DNA from: Octopus vulgaris
Lineage: Eukaryota
Length of the DNA: 64,000 nt
Assembly (NCBI GenBank): GCA_951406725.2
Contig: OX597821.1
Coordinates: 30,628,001 to 30,692,000, forward strand
Direction of reading: 5' to 3'
Position 1 is the stretch's first letter, and each line of letters starts with the position of its first letter. Of the stretch, positions 26,790-40,446 are shown piece by piece. Both the position numbers and the translations under genes were made by a program. The notes under the pieces are model-generated. The model did no database searches, was not told the DNA's origin, and saw nothing but the letters and a program-made list of their open reading frames with translations.

Positions 26790-28910
26790 TGAGAATGCTC
26801 TAAGTTTCGGAGTGCGAAAGGAGAAAGTGCTTAATAATTCAATGCTAAAATGTAACATTATGTTTTCATGCTCTTTCCAGCTTCAACCAATGTATGGCTA
26901 ATTTTCCCTTTCAGACCAATTACTAAGTTCCGCTAATTTCAGGATGGCTACTAGAGTATGTGAAAATTCTCCAGATACATTTTGTTATCTGTGTGGTTAC
27001 TATATTAGAAAAAAGCAGGTATTACATAAGATTGTGAAAGGTGCCAAATTGAGGATAGCATACACACTCTATTTCGGAATGCCCATGGGTGACCAGGACA
27101 AACCATGGGACCCACATGCGATATCTGGAAACTGTCGATCTATTCTAGAAGGATGGTTAAGAGATACAGGAAGGTCAATGCCTTTTGCCATTCCAAGAGT
27201 ATAGAGAGCCAAAGAACTCTCATGATGACTGTTACGTTTACCTGATCGATGTGACAAAGTACAGAGAAGTGAAAAGAAGACAAGCTCTTCAGTATCCAGA
27301 CATACCATCATCTAGAGCACCTATCCCAAATGATGTCAGTTTACAAGTACCACTACCGCCAGAAAATATTTCTTCTGAAGCAGCAGCCAAGAAATGGAGG
27401 AAGCTTTCGTACCAAGAAAGACTTCGGTGCATCACTTTCCAAATCAGAGTGAGCTAGAGGCTTTGATCAGGGACCTGGGTCTTACTAAGTCAGGAGCTGA
27501 ACTTCTTTCATCAAGGTTGAAGGAATGGAATGTACGGGGGAAGACAGCAAGACTTCTGTGTACCGGTATCGCCTTGAGGAATTTGAAATTTACTATGAAC
27601 ATATTAATGATCTGTGTTATTGTAAAGATGTGATTGGTCTGTTTACTGCTATTGGATTCAAGCATGATTTTGCAGAGTGGCTACTGTTCATAGATAGCTC
27701 AGCACGAAGTCTCAAAGCAGTGTTGCTCCACAATGGAAATAAATATCCTTCTTTGCCTCTTGCACACTCCAATGTCAAAGACCTTCGCAACAAAATAAAT
27801 TACGCTGAGTTCAAGTGGGATTCTTGTGGTGACTTCAAGATGCTTGGCTTGCAAGGGGGATACACAAAGTATTCATGTTTCCTTTTCTTATGGGATAGCA
27901 GAGCTGATGAGGATCATTAAAAGAGAGTACATTGATCCCCACGAGTGGAACTGCAGCCAGTAATGTTAAATGTTCTCAAATAGTCTCTAGTAGAGTCTAA
28001 AAAAATCTTATTACCCCCACTACATATCAAACTCAGATTTAGAAAATAGTTTGTGAAGGCCTTAGATTTTAGAGGAGAGGTTTTTCAAGAAATGTGTCGT
28101 ATGTTCCCAAAGATATCTGAGGCTAAGATCAAGGGTGGCATATTTGTTGGGCCTAACAAAGCCTCGGACATCTTTGGGAACATACAACAAATTTCTTGAA
28201 AAACCTCTCCTCTGCAGTGTTAAAGTCGAAGAAGCAGGAAAGAGCGATGACAAAAGTTGAAAAAGGAGCTTGGTTTGTATTTCGTGTTGTAGTTCGTGGA
28301 ATCCTAGGAAATCACAAGGATCCTAATTACAAACAGCTGGTAGCAAAGCTTATTGAAAACCTCAAGAAAATGGGTTATCGTATCTCCTTAACTGGGTTGT
28401 CGTATGTCTTTGGGTGATGTCAGTGAGGAGCATGCTGAGTGATTTCATCAGGACATCGCAACTATGGAAAGAAGATACCAAGGACGACGGGATACTGCTA
28501 TGATGGGAGATTATATATGGTCTCTAGTCAGAAGAGATGAAGGTGTGCACTCCAGAAAATCTCGATCGTCAAAGCACTTCTTATCTTAAGAAAAGAGTTA
28601 TCAAGGCATTTACAGTGCAGAGTTTTATTGTTTCTTTTTGTTCTAACTAATATTATACTTCCTAAATACCTTTCAATATATGAAAAAGTACGAACTGTTG
28701 TGCAATTATCCTTACAATACTAGAATAGATTGAACTATCAAAGTGCTGCAGAGAAACGTTACAAATATAATGAGCAAATATGAAATTAGGAATAAATAAA
28801 TAACTATCGACGTTGCATCAAAACAAACATGATTTTTTTAATTTAGCGGCAAAAATGCATATATGAACATAAAAAAATACAAATAAACAAAACATGCATT
28901 ACATTATGTA
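26790..28910 (+). pseudogene. Decayed Chapaev3-like (CMC superfamily, Transib/RAG1-related) transposase, ATG at 26944, ending ~28588
   Basis: Frameshifted pieces: CENSPDTFCYLCG..YFGMPMGDQDKPW.PH, REPKNSHDDCY, LIRDLGLTKSGAELLSSRLKEWN, WLLFIDSSARSLKAVLLHNGN, GDFKM-LGLQGGYTKYSC, LLPPLHIKL, SEAKIKGGIFVGP, VSEEHAE*FHQDIATMERRYQGRRD..MMGDYIWSL. The family assignment is from recalled motifs. Confidence 0.75.
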
Positions 28911-30152
28911 ATTAGTTACTCCCATTCACTATAAAAGATAATGATGTTTTAAGTGTTCGTACGATACACAAGAAAGCGAATGAAAAGGAGATAATTCAAG
29001 ATCTCGAGTATCATATTGCAACAAAAATACATTATATAATGTCTCATTTCCGTTGTTCACTTTTTTTGTAGAAGTAAATTTTTGTTTTCTCAGAAACAAA
29101 TAAAGAAGCCAGTTGGAACTGCTTTCCTTCTTCACTGACGAGGTTGGTTTTCTGACATATTCGACGATGAATTCGAAGTATGGACAATTATAGCTCTATA
29201 ATTGACATGTCTTTACGACGTACGCTGTGAATACTAGAGGTGCAATTATTTCAATGTTGCGTACAGAGAGAACAAAAGTAAAACAACACATAAAGATCGC
29301 GACCCTAATCATAAGTCAATCTTTTCCATTTTGAACGTCTGCGTTCGTTACTCCATTTCGTTTTTGCTGAATACGTTTTTTCACTTTAACAAGAAGCGAG
29401 TCTCTGATGACAAATCACAGTCTTTATGTACTTAGTTGTCATGTTATCACATATTTTCAAAGCATAACTGTTCAGCATTTGTGCCAATTCAACAATCCTA
29501 AATGTAGTCCAGATATGTATTCATGGAAAGCATTTAATTTGTAATAATTCCAGTGGATTGTTAGTATTAACTTTTGAAGAAGGTTTAAGATATATTGATA
29601 TTTATTCAAATTATAGAACATGGTTTAATTACTGTATTCTCATGGAGAATCACATGGATCCTACAACATATATTCATAATCATACACTTTAGTTGATAGT
29701 TTCTATTCAGTTGCTTAGTTCGTAGGATCCATGTACGTCTCCTTAGAGGTAGATACACCACAGCACTGCTGGCATAATTAGTATGAATACGTTAAACTAA
29801 ATCTCAATATACGGCGATTCCAAGAGAAAGTGTACACTACAAATTTACAAATAAAAACGCCGTGGTAAGGAAATACAAGCATTAAAACATGTCTAGAAGG
29901 CTCTGTAATTGAATAAATGAATAGATGAGCCTTAGCGAAATTGAGCTGTAGAATAAACTAAATATTCGTAGAATGCATCCATAACACGATTAGAATTTTT
30001 TAAATGTACTATAAGATGAACCAAAATAGAAATCAGATAATACTATAAGGATCCACGTTTCCATATAATGTGACGTATGCTAGAAGTGCAAAATAAAAAA
30101 TTTAAAAAACAGCATAAAAATCACATATATATGAGTTGAAACAACTGACTGA

Positions 30153-30790
30153 TCTATTAATAATCGCAGGCTGTGTCTGTGAGTTCGTATCTGTGTCCTT
30201 TACGGAAATCCACGAACAGTCATATGATCCCATGTTAATTAATCAGAAGTTATGTGCGTGTGTATGTCCTCTATGCACAGCCAAACCACTGGATCAATCT
30301 GCACTAAATTTGGAACGAAGGTTTTTCATTACTCGGGGAAGGATCGGGAGGCTCAATACTTTGGCCCTTGCCCATATAGGGGGCCAAACTCCCCATACGA
30401 CACTTCCGGCCATTTTTTGTCAACGGATTGTTTTTGACGACAGACATTCTCAATATGCAAATAAACATGTTTTCAAAATTTTTACTTCGTCACTCATTGC
30501 AAAATTTAAATTTCATTAACTTTTTTCAGTATTTTTTTTTCAATCAACGTGGAAAATTACGGAGACTAAGAATACAAAAAATAATTAATTTCAAAATTTC
30601 TATGGTGAATTCCAAAACTGATCCACATTTTCTCTCTTTTTCAATATTTAATTTGAAGAGAGAATATGTTGTTACCAAAAACGTTGAGATTAATGCAATG
30701 AATTGACAGCAAGTTCTTAGAAAGTATTTTTCTAAAGAAAATTTCTTTGTAAGGTACTGTCGTGCGCGCATTCACACAAGCACTTTCACG
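30153..30790 (+). mobile_element. Helitron-type non-coding 5' region
   Basis: Starts A|TC (GA|TCTATTAATAA), then GT-rich repeats and CAAACCACTGGATCAATCTGCACTAAATTTGG, typical of non-autonomous Helitron 5' ends. A segment at 30650-30690 recurs at 32035-32078, upstream of the helicase remnant. Confidence 0.55.
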
Positions 30791-31012
30791 CATAGGTTGG
30801 TTGCTGATAAACATTATTATGACTGGATGTATGTTTCAGTGATACCTTCTCTCTCACTCTCTCACATACACACACTCCCCCCTCTTTCTCTCGCGCACAC
30901 ACACATACACACAAAATAGATGGTTGCATATGTATTTATGTATGTAGGTGTATATGAAAAATAATGCGTGCGCGTGTGTGAAAGACAGTGAAAGTCACTT
31001 ACATATATATAT

Positions 31013-31220
31013 AGTTAATACAAACATGAAAACACAAAGAGAAAACACAACAACGCGAGGACGTGGAACAAATATAGTATTATTGGACGCTCAGGAAGGA
31101 AGGGAAGAAGGAGAGTTCAACGTTTCGAGCGGAGCTCTTCGTCAGAAACATAGGAAAAGGAAAGATCCAGAGAAGGGAAGACAGGGAAAACAATCGCCAA
31201 CGGTACACACGCGATCACAT
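31013..31220 (-). mobile_element. Solo PLE terminal repeat inserted in (TA)n
   Basis: Near-identical to 20797-21010 and flanked by TA repeats on both sides. Confidence 0.8.
31114..31150 (-). ncRNA. Minimal type I hammerhead ribozyme with intact core
   Basis: Minus strand: stem I TGTTT, core CTGACGA, extra A, stem II GAGC-TCC-GCTC, GAAA, loopless palindromic stem III (ACGT), N17=U, then stem I' GAAC. Confidence 0.75.
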
Positions 31221-31375
31221 TATATAAATATATATATATATATAAAATACATACATGACCACACACATCTTCACTCTCTCTCTCTCTCTCTCTCATGCAC
31301 CCACACAGACATACGGAAAAGATGTATCCATATGTATTTATGTATGTACGAGTATATGAAAGATAGTGTGTGTGT

Positions 31376-31415
<40 letters not shown>

Positions 31416-31644
31416 AGAAAGAATGCCAGTTACATATACGTGACAACGCTCACCTTCACTCACTTACGCACTCTCTCTCTCTCTCTCTCTCTCTCATACA
31501 CACACGCACATACAAAAGAGATATATGCATGTACGCATATATGAAAGGTGCATGTGTGTGAGTGAGAGATAGAGAGAGCCACTTACACAAACATGCAAAA
31601 AATATACATAACAGCACACACCTCTACTCGCTCACACTCTCTCT

Positions 31645-31684
<40 letters not shown>

Positions 31685-32224
31685 CACACACACACATTTC
31701 TATTTCATATACACATACATACATTTTTCACTTCCCCTCTCTTTCACTTTCTGCTCTCTCGTCAAAGCAAATTCAAAGAGAGTAAAAAAAGAGAGTAAAG
31801 AAATAAAAGATGTCTACGGAAACGCACGAACAATCATATGATCCCATATGATCGAATTTGACAACTATGATGTTTGTAAGGAAAGTATAACCCCTTCATA
31901 AAGGTGTAATGGTCGTACATGTACATATTAGATATTGGACCGGATTACAGGCGTTGTCATGCACCCTACACGAGCCAAGCTAACTTAATATTCCTTGCAA
32001 AAGAGAGGATGGAATTTTTTCTCTTTTTTTCAGTATTTCATTACAAGAGAGAATATGTTGTTATCGAAAACGTTAAAACTTTACTAACCTGATCCCTCTG
32101 TCACTGAACCAGGATTTTCATTTCACTAGATACACACTTTGCTATCATTCATATGGAGAATTGCAACAGCAACACTAGCTACCCTGTGGTGAGATGGTAC
32201 CAACTGTCAATGATCACAAAATGC

Positions 32225-33087
32225 ATGTGTTTCCAAACATTGCACAAATCTTTAGCAATAGTCAATGGCTATGAGAGCGAGCCATCTTAGCTCCACGTAA
32301 TGATGCTGTCGACAAAATCAATTGGGATCTATTGCCGCTGTTGCCAGGACAACAATAGTCGGATCTTTTAATTTGAACGTAAATATTTAACATAATTTCT
32401 AGGTAACTTCGTATACTGGTAGAATGTGTATATAAAACATCTTTTTCTCTTGGATTTATTGAGAAAATTCTATGGTTTGTAAGATATTTGTTGTTTTTTC
32501 TTCTTCAATTTCTGCAATTTCTATCAATCAGTGACGTGTATTGAGGTACAAAAAACACATTATGTGCCGTATGAATATGTCCGTCGTTTAAGAAACAGAT
32601 TTGGTTTATTTACATTTGTGAAGAAAAAAAAATATCCTTCACCCCACCCATAACCCTAACAACACTAACACTAAAACAGATTGAAATGAAATAGATCGAT
32701 ACTAGGGTCATAATTATGGGTGACAATTTCATACGACACCGCGAGAAAAAACTGCCGTTCAAACCGAAAAGATCCCAATAGTCTTTCAAATCCATCGACA
32801 ATATCATTGATAAGCACCAAGCTGTAGTTTTCTCAACCGAGTTTGTGAACTCTATATAACCATCCAGGATGCCATCACACAACTTAAGATTTAAAAAGGG
32901 GACCCCAATCATTCTGCTCAGGAATCCACCTCACCTGTGCAATGGCAAAAAACTGGATGCGAAAGCGATGCAACCCCATGTCCTAGAAGCAGCAATTATC
33001 ACTAGGAAATATAAGGGTATGGATGTCTTCATTCCACGCATCCCCTTAATCCCATCTGACCTCCCCTTTCAATTTAAACGGCTCCAG

Positions 33088-33088
<1 letters not shown>
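32225..33088 (+). pseudogene. Helitron PIF1-family helicase fragment interrupted by a MITE
   Basis: VFPNIAQ..WL*ERAILAPRNDAVDKIN..LPGQQ [insertion] [57 protein letters not shown]. The fragment is cut off by (TA)n. Confidence 0.9.
32361..32775. mobile_element. 415-bp non-autonomous DNA transposon (MITE) with 8-bp TSD and GG..CC termini; Merlin-like
   Basis: TIRs are GGATCTTTTAATTTGAACG and CGTTCAAACCGAAAAGATCC. The perfect TSD CAATAGTC lies at 32353-32360 and 32776-32783. Confidence 0.85.
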
Positions 33089-33122
<34 letters not shown>

Positions 33123-33180
33123 TATGCATATATGCATATATGCATATATGCATATATGCATATATGCATATATGTATATA

Positions 33181-33222
<42 letters not shown>

Positions 33223-33257
33223 TATATGTGTGTGTGTGTGTATACATATATATATAC

Positions 33258-34142
33258 GTGATCCCAATCGTCCTCCTTAAATCGTAACTCCACCGTCGTG
33301 GAGGTCTTCCGGGTGGTCTTTTCCGCTCGCGCGGGTACCACTCGACAACTGTGTGCGTCCACCGATTATCGGTGAGCCGGGCGACGTGTCCAGCCCATCT
33401 ATACTCTGCGATGACATCTCTCACGCAGGACTTCTTTCTGAAGATCTCGCTACTTATGTGCTCTCTCAACGAGATACCAAGCATTGATCTTTCCATGGCT
33501 GTTTGAGCCGTTACCAGTCTTTGTTCTTCTCTCTTTGTGGTAGCCCATGTTTCACTACCATATATCATTGCAGGCAGAACTGCACTGTTAATGAAGTTGG
33601 AGCGGGTGGTCCTGTCCAACCTTTCCTTGAGCACATCCCTTATGCCATTGAACGCCTTCCAACCGGCCCTTACTCTCCGTGAGATCTACTTTTCGATATC
33701 TCGGCACATATTTACTTCCTGTCCCAGGTAGACATATTCCTTTACCTCCTCTATTTCATCACTGCCGATCACCATTCGACCTGTTGGTACGTCGTCTAAC
33801 CGCATGAACTTTGTTTTCATGCGGTTCATCTTGAGACCCACTGCAGAACTTCTGATGTCAAGCTCCGTCCGCATGGTCAGAATCTGATCCGTATTTTCAG
33901 CGATGAGTACGATGTCGTCAGCGAAACGGAGGTGGGTGAGGAGCTCGCCATTGATGTTGACACGACGTTGCCAGTCGATGCCTCTGATGATCTGTTCGAG
34001 ACATGCAGTGAAAAGTTTTGGGGAGAACGTATCTCCTTGCTTCACTCCCTTCTCGACCAGCACTCGTACAGGTGATGACAGTAGAGCAATGTCGGTGGTG
34101 CATCCGGAATTTGGCTCTCTGAGCAGCTGCACATATTGCGCA
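33258..34142 (-). mobile_element. RTE-clade LINE reverse transcriptase fragment (frameshifted)
   Basis: [49 protein letters not shown] and [13 protein letters not shown]-rich microsatellites bound both ends. Confidence 0.92.
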
Positions 34143-34158
34143 TATATATGTATATATA

Positions 34159-34218
<60 letters not shown>

Positions 34219-34356
34219 GCAATTAAGGACAACTACTTAATAAGGAAAACTTAACAAGAAATTGTCAGGTAGATAGCGTGAAAGACCTCATAAGAGAAAA
34301 AATTTCGAAAATAATTATTTCTTATTGAACATATTAATTTCTATATAGAGGGCATT

Positions 34357-34434
<78 letters not shown>

Positions 34435-34577
34435 ACATAAATATACGCTTGTATATATGTAATATGAGACTATAATTTCACAATAATTTCGCTATTAAAA
34501 GTTTCGCTATGTATATATTAAGTACATTGTTATACTATTGAAACTGAAACTATTACTTCACATTAAAATTGTTGTGG

Positions 34578-34712
34578 CTCATGACACACAATGTAGCCTA
34601 AGTAATGTGTTTGTAAAATTTAAATGAAATTGGTTGGGTAGTTCTCGAGTTTTAGTGAGGCCCACATAGAGACAGAGACACAGACACACATACACAGACA
34701 CACACGTTCTCA

Positions 34713-34722
<10 letters not shown>
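34578..34722 (-). mobile_element. Helitron-like 5' end fragment
   Basis: Minus strand TATAAAACTGAGAACGTGTGTGTCTG..CTACCCAACCAATTTCATTTAAATTTTAC has the same architecture as 30153+ and 39641-. Confidence 0.45.
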
Positions 34723-34770
<48 letters not shown>

Positions 34771-35237
34771 TAGATGAATGATGGTTCCAACAACATGCTT
34801 CCACAGTTTAATAGGGTATACCGAGAGACATAAGGGAAAATTATAAGACAATTATATTTCGGGGGTTGACGGAAAATGAGTGAACCTTGGAAACTGCATA
34901 ACATTTTGCAGGCCTTGACACAAATCTCATAGAGACTGATGGTTATATGGGATTCAGATAATCTATGGATGGTGCCAGAAACAGCATTGAGATATGCTTG
35001 AAATATTCTTATCCTGTAGATTAGGAAAACACGTTGGATAATAAAGTTTCAGATAAAAAAGTGTAAGTTAATCAGCGCAGAGATGGCTCTTGATAAGATC
35101 ACCTGTATGAAGCAGCATCTTATTCAACATTACCATTACCAACTCGTAGGAAATAAAAGGTAGGCATAAACGTATTTAGATATCAATAATATGAAGGAAA
35201 GACGAATAGAATATGTAGAAGAAAAGAATATTAGAAA

Positions 35238-35248
35238 CAGAAGAAGAA

Positions 35249-35295
<47 letters not shown>

Positions 35296-35566
35296 CCATG
35301 ATGATGATGATGATGATGATGAAGAAGAAGAAGAAGAAGAAGATGAATAAGAAGATGAAGAAGAACAATAACAACAAGGAGAAGGTGGCGAGGGAGGAAA
35401 GAGAGGAGTAGGAGATGGCTGAGGAGGAGGAGAAAGAGAGAAAAAAGCACAAATGTAAGAAAAAGACGCATAAGGAAGAAGGCGAACCAAAAGACAAAGA
35501 TGTGAAGAATGCAGAACAAAATGAAGAAACAAGATATAGAAAAATAAGTGGTATTGGTCGTAGTTA

Positions 35567-35608
<42 letters not shown>

Positions 35609-35730
35609 CAGTAGCAGTAGCAGTAGTAGTAGTGGTGGTGGTGGTTGTTGTGGTGGTGGTGGTGCTGGTGATGGTGCTGGTGCTGGTGGTAATAGTAGTA
35701 ATAGTAGTAGTAGTAGTAATAGTAGTAGTG

Positions 35731-35801
<71 letters not shown>

Positions 35802-35812
35802 GGTGGTGGTGA

Positions 35813-35848
<36 letters not shown>

Positions 35849-35895
35849 CGGCAGTAGCAACAGCAGCAGCGGTGGTAGTAGTAGTAGTAGTGGTG

Positions 35896-35927
<32 letters not shown>

Positions 35928-35965
35928 GGTGGTGATGGTGGTGGTAGTAGTAGTAGTAGTAGTAG
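35238..35965. repeat. Compound trinucleotide microsatellites (GAT/GAA; AGT/GGT/AGC)
   Basis: Direct inspection. These tracts generate the poly-S/G, poly-V and poly-L ORFs. Confidence 0.95.
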
Positions 35966-36485
35966 ATAAAAAGAATTTAACTTATAGGTTACGTTGTAAG
36001 TAACTTTAATAATGAATGAGAATAGGGTGGTACAAATTATTTCAGAATCACTCCCGAAGTTTTGGCAAAACGCTCAAAATTTTCTTAGGAATAAAACAGT
36101 TATGGTTTGCACTTTACCAGGCACATGCCAAATTTCTTCTCATTATTTACGATGCAGACACTGTTTGATGGGTAGTGTTGAAAGCATTGACATTTGGAAT
36201 TATTCTTTTCTTACTACCTATGATTTATGTCAAAATTTAAGGCTAATTGCACACAAAATATAATTAGGCATGTTATATATATATTATATATATCATGATA
36301 TATATATATAAGTATATAGCGACAGGATATAAGTCGGGTTCATTAGATACAGTCCAGTGGTTAAAACACATGGATACTGCACGAACTAGCTGTGATACAT
36401 TCATACATACATGCATACATACGTACATACGTACATACATACATATGTACATACAACATACTTACATACATACATAAATACATAC

Positions 36486-36533
<48 letters not shown>

Positions 36534-36691
36534 ATATATATAACAAAATAATACATAAAAGATATGCATATATACATATATATATGTACGTACCTACATA
36601 TATATGTATATATATATGCATATGTTTTATTTATTATTTTGCTATTATATGATAGAACGCACGCATCCACTTCTAGGTAAGTTTTATCTTA

Positions 36692-36738
<47 letters not shown>

Positions 36739-36743
36739 TACTG

Positions 36744-36972
36744 TTTACTCTTTTACTCCTATTTGTTTCAGTCATTTTGACTGTGGTCATGCTGGAGCAG
36801 CGTGTTTAATCGATCGAGCAAATCGACCCCATGATTTATTCTTTGTAAGCCTAGTAATTATTCTATCGGTCTCTTTTGCCGAACCGCTAAGTTACGGGGA
36901 CGTAAACACACCAGCATCGGTTGTCAAGCTATGTTGGGGGACAAACACAGAAAAACAAACACACACACACAC

Positions 36973-37034
<62 letters not shown>

Positions 37035-37190
37035 GACGGAGTTCTTTCGGTTTCTGTCTACCGAATCCACTCACAGGATTTTGGGCGGCCCGAGGCTATA
37101 GTAGAAGACACTTGCCGAAGTGGCCACACAATGGGACTGAACCCGGAACCATGTGGTTCGTAAGTAAACTACTTACCACACAGCCACTCC
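36744..37190 (-). mobile_element. SINE family A, full length
   Basis: Colinear with 3297-3696; the internal (TA)n is expanded. Confidence 0.9.
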
Positions 37191-37796
37191 GAAACCTTTA
37201 TGTAATATTATTGTTCTTTCTTACGACAATACTGAATTGCTTAAGATGTCCTCGGGTCGAATCCGAGACAAAAGATAAGAATTAATATACGAACTCAAAT
37301 TAGCCAATCATACTCATACAGTTATAAATTCGACTTAAAATGCGCATACATATATTAATACATATCGACACATATGAAGAAATTTAAAATTATTTATAAA
37401 ATATATATATAAATATATATAAAAATACATGTAAATAAAACCCATGTGGGATATGTATGAAAGGAAGAGTAAGAAAAAGAGAACTGATAAATTTTTTTGT
37501 TATTTACATTAGACGGATATGTATCTTTATCTTGTTTGCTGTTGCCACAATGTTTCAGCTGATTTACATTCCATTAGGTGTCCTTGTAGGATTTTGAACT
37601 CGACTCTGCGTTTTCATTCCTAAGGTATTGTTTTGCTGATGCTATTATTATCATTATTAATATTTTGGTTTTAGGATCAACACCATGAAAGCAAACCCTA
37701 TGGCTTCGATACGTTGATGACACCTTTATACTCTGGCCCCACTAGGAAGATGTCTAAGTACTGCTGGACCATTTGAACTCAATAAAGCCTGCAATG

Positions 37797-37831
<35 letters not shown>

Positions 37832-38699
37832 TGTATATATATATATTCTATACATAGGTACACACACACACATATATATATGCATACATACATATATACA
37901 TGCATACATATACACACATATACATATACATATATGTATATATATGTGTATATATGTGTGTTATGTGTGTGTATACACACACACACACATATAAATATAT
38001 ACATCGTACTCGATGTTTGCCAATTATTTTCACCTGCCTTCATTACAGACATCGTGAACTATAATCATTTCGTAATTATATTTACTTAATATCATTGGCG
38101 TTTGATCCGTCCCATGTGCAATACAAAAGCTACTCTTGATATTTTAATATGGTTCCACTTTTGTTATTACTAGATTAGATTCGTACATATTATTAGAATC
38201 AAGCTTTGTTAGTACTGTCGCTTAAGGTAGTATGTTATTTTTATAATCTTTTCAGAATATATAACTGATTTTCTTAGCTGTACAATTTTGGTCAGTGAGT
38301 GCACAATTACACTTATACTCTTATCAGAATTATTAAATACACTCCCTTAACCTCTGATTTAGTTTGACACAAAAGGTCACACGGGGCTATATGTATGTAT
38401 GCACGTATGTATGTACGTATGTATGTATGTATGTATGTATGTATGTATGTCTGTATGTATGTATGTATATATGTGTGTATGTATTTATGTACGTATGTAT
38501 GGATGTATGTATGTATATATTTTTGCATGTATGCAAGTATGTATGTATGAATGTATATATGTATGTTTGTGTGTATATATATGTATTTATATACACATAT
38601 ATATTCGTATATATGATTCCATATATAATTATGTGTATAGTTGTATATTAATAAATATGTGTGTGCTTCTTTCCATATATGTCTATATATAAATACATA

Positions 38700-38748
<49 letters not shown>

Positions 38749-39209
38749 CAAGTAGTTGTGTATGTATGTGTATATGTTTTGCACGTGTTAGGCGTCGTGT
38801 TTATGTGTGAGACTGTTCGTTACGAACTTCGTCGCTTTTATTGAAATACACAATAGAAACAAAACACGACTATAATATTAACAACAGTGCTAATAACAAA
38901 TTTCAGTTTTCTATTCTTCTGAGTATTATAACAACCAATGTTATCACCAACAATAAAAATAATTATAGTATTGTTAAAGATAGTCGTTTTACCCCCAGGA
39001 CAGTTGTGATGGAAGAGACAATGTGAATTCTGTTTCTCATACATAATGCATCTTTGTCTAACTTCTCGATACATATGAGGTCTTAAAATGTTCATGTGTG
39101 ATCTAAGTGATATTCTGATACAAATTCTAACGGGTTGCAAATCGAGAGAGGGATTTCTTTGGTTCAGTAGAGTTTATAAAATCTCTGTTTTGTTAACTAT
39201 ATATTTTCA

Positions 39210-39641
39210 CTAGCAGTATAGCCTGAGTTCCTCGGGTTTGTTTTTTAGTTGCGCTTAAAACGGCTGACTTTGATGTCGCGTTTACAAAATTTTGACGTAG
39301 TTTCAATCTTGTTTGAAACGTAAAAATTTTGCCTTATGTAGCTTGTTGTTCTCTTTAAGATAAAATTTTTCTGGTTGAAATACACTGAAGAATGGCGACA
39401 CAGCAACTGTAAAAGATAGGGATTTTCATAGAAAAAATGCAGCTTTTTGATGTAAATAATTTTTGGTCTTAACACGGTCCGATTTGAATTGTTTCTTTGA
39501 CCGAATGAAGAGCAAACCTTCTTCTATCATACTCTCAATTGTGGTCAACTTGCGCCACAGGGTCTCGGAGGAGACAGTGTCAGTTGAAGGCTACCAATCC
39601 TGCCACACACACACAGACAACTTCAGCTTTATATGTATAGA
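39210..39641 (-). mobile_element. Complete 432-bp non-autonomous Helitron
   Basis: The minus strand begins A|TCTATACATATAAAGCTGAAG and ends with an imperfect hairpin CCCGAG-GAA-CTCAGG followed by CTATACTG CTAG|T. The target is AT with no TSD. Confidence 0.85.
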
Positions 39642-40163
39642 TTACGCAATTAGAGCAAAATGCCTCGTTGTTTACATGATGCTACCCGGCCTATAAGTTG
39701 TATTTTATAGTTCCGATAGTATAATACTTAGTGTGACGAGGTGTTCAGTTCAGAAAGTCATATTATTTCACGTAGCTCGTGAAATGTGATAAAACAACGG
39801 CTATCTGATCTCTTGAAGATTTAGTTCCCTTTGGTGAAACGCGCCGGAATCCGCCCGTAACTACATTGGTACTGAAGACAACCTGGTGAAACTATGACAC
39901 ACATTACGAGGTCAAGCTTTGATGCACTAACTCGAGATTTATGTATATATTATGCTGATTAGCTTTTATATGTTTTGATGCCGCTTGATCGAAAATATAG
40001 GAGGTAAGTTTTCCTAGCATTTCTACATTTATCGGAATATTATGTTGATGAAAGAAATGAGTCTTATGATTCTAATCATGAAACGTACGTCCATAATTAA
40101 CAAAATACTGTTTGATTTAATTATTTTTCTTTTATTTTGCGATATGTGAGTTACAAATATTTA

Positions 40164-40204
<41 letters not shown>

Positions 40205-40248
40205 CATACATACACACATACATACATACATACATATATGTATGTATG

Positions 40249-40311
<63 letters not shown>

Positions 40312-40406
40312 GCTGGACAGGTAAAATTGTCTGCATGTGCAGCGAACATACGTGTATATACTTATTATAAAATATATTTTGTGGATGTACAAACCTTCAT
40401 ACATTT

Positions 40407-40444
<38 letters not shown>

Positions 40445-40446
<2 letters not shown>

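Noticed and set aside
35415-35969. 184-aa Ser/Gly-rich ORF resembling a structural protein
   Set aside because: It is built from AGT/GGT triplet repeats that are open in several frames and on both strands.
40246-40444. N-terminal part of the 552-aa ORF
   Set aside because: It is (TA)n and spacer fortuitously in frame with the truncated PLE RT, not a real start.
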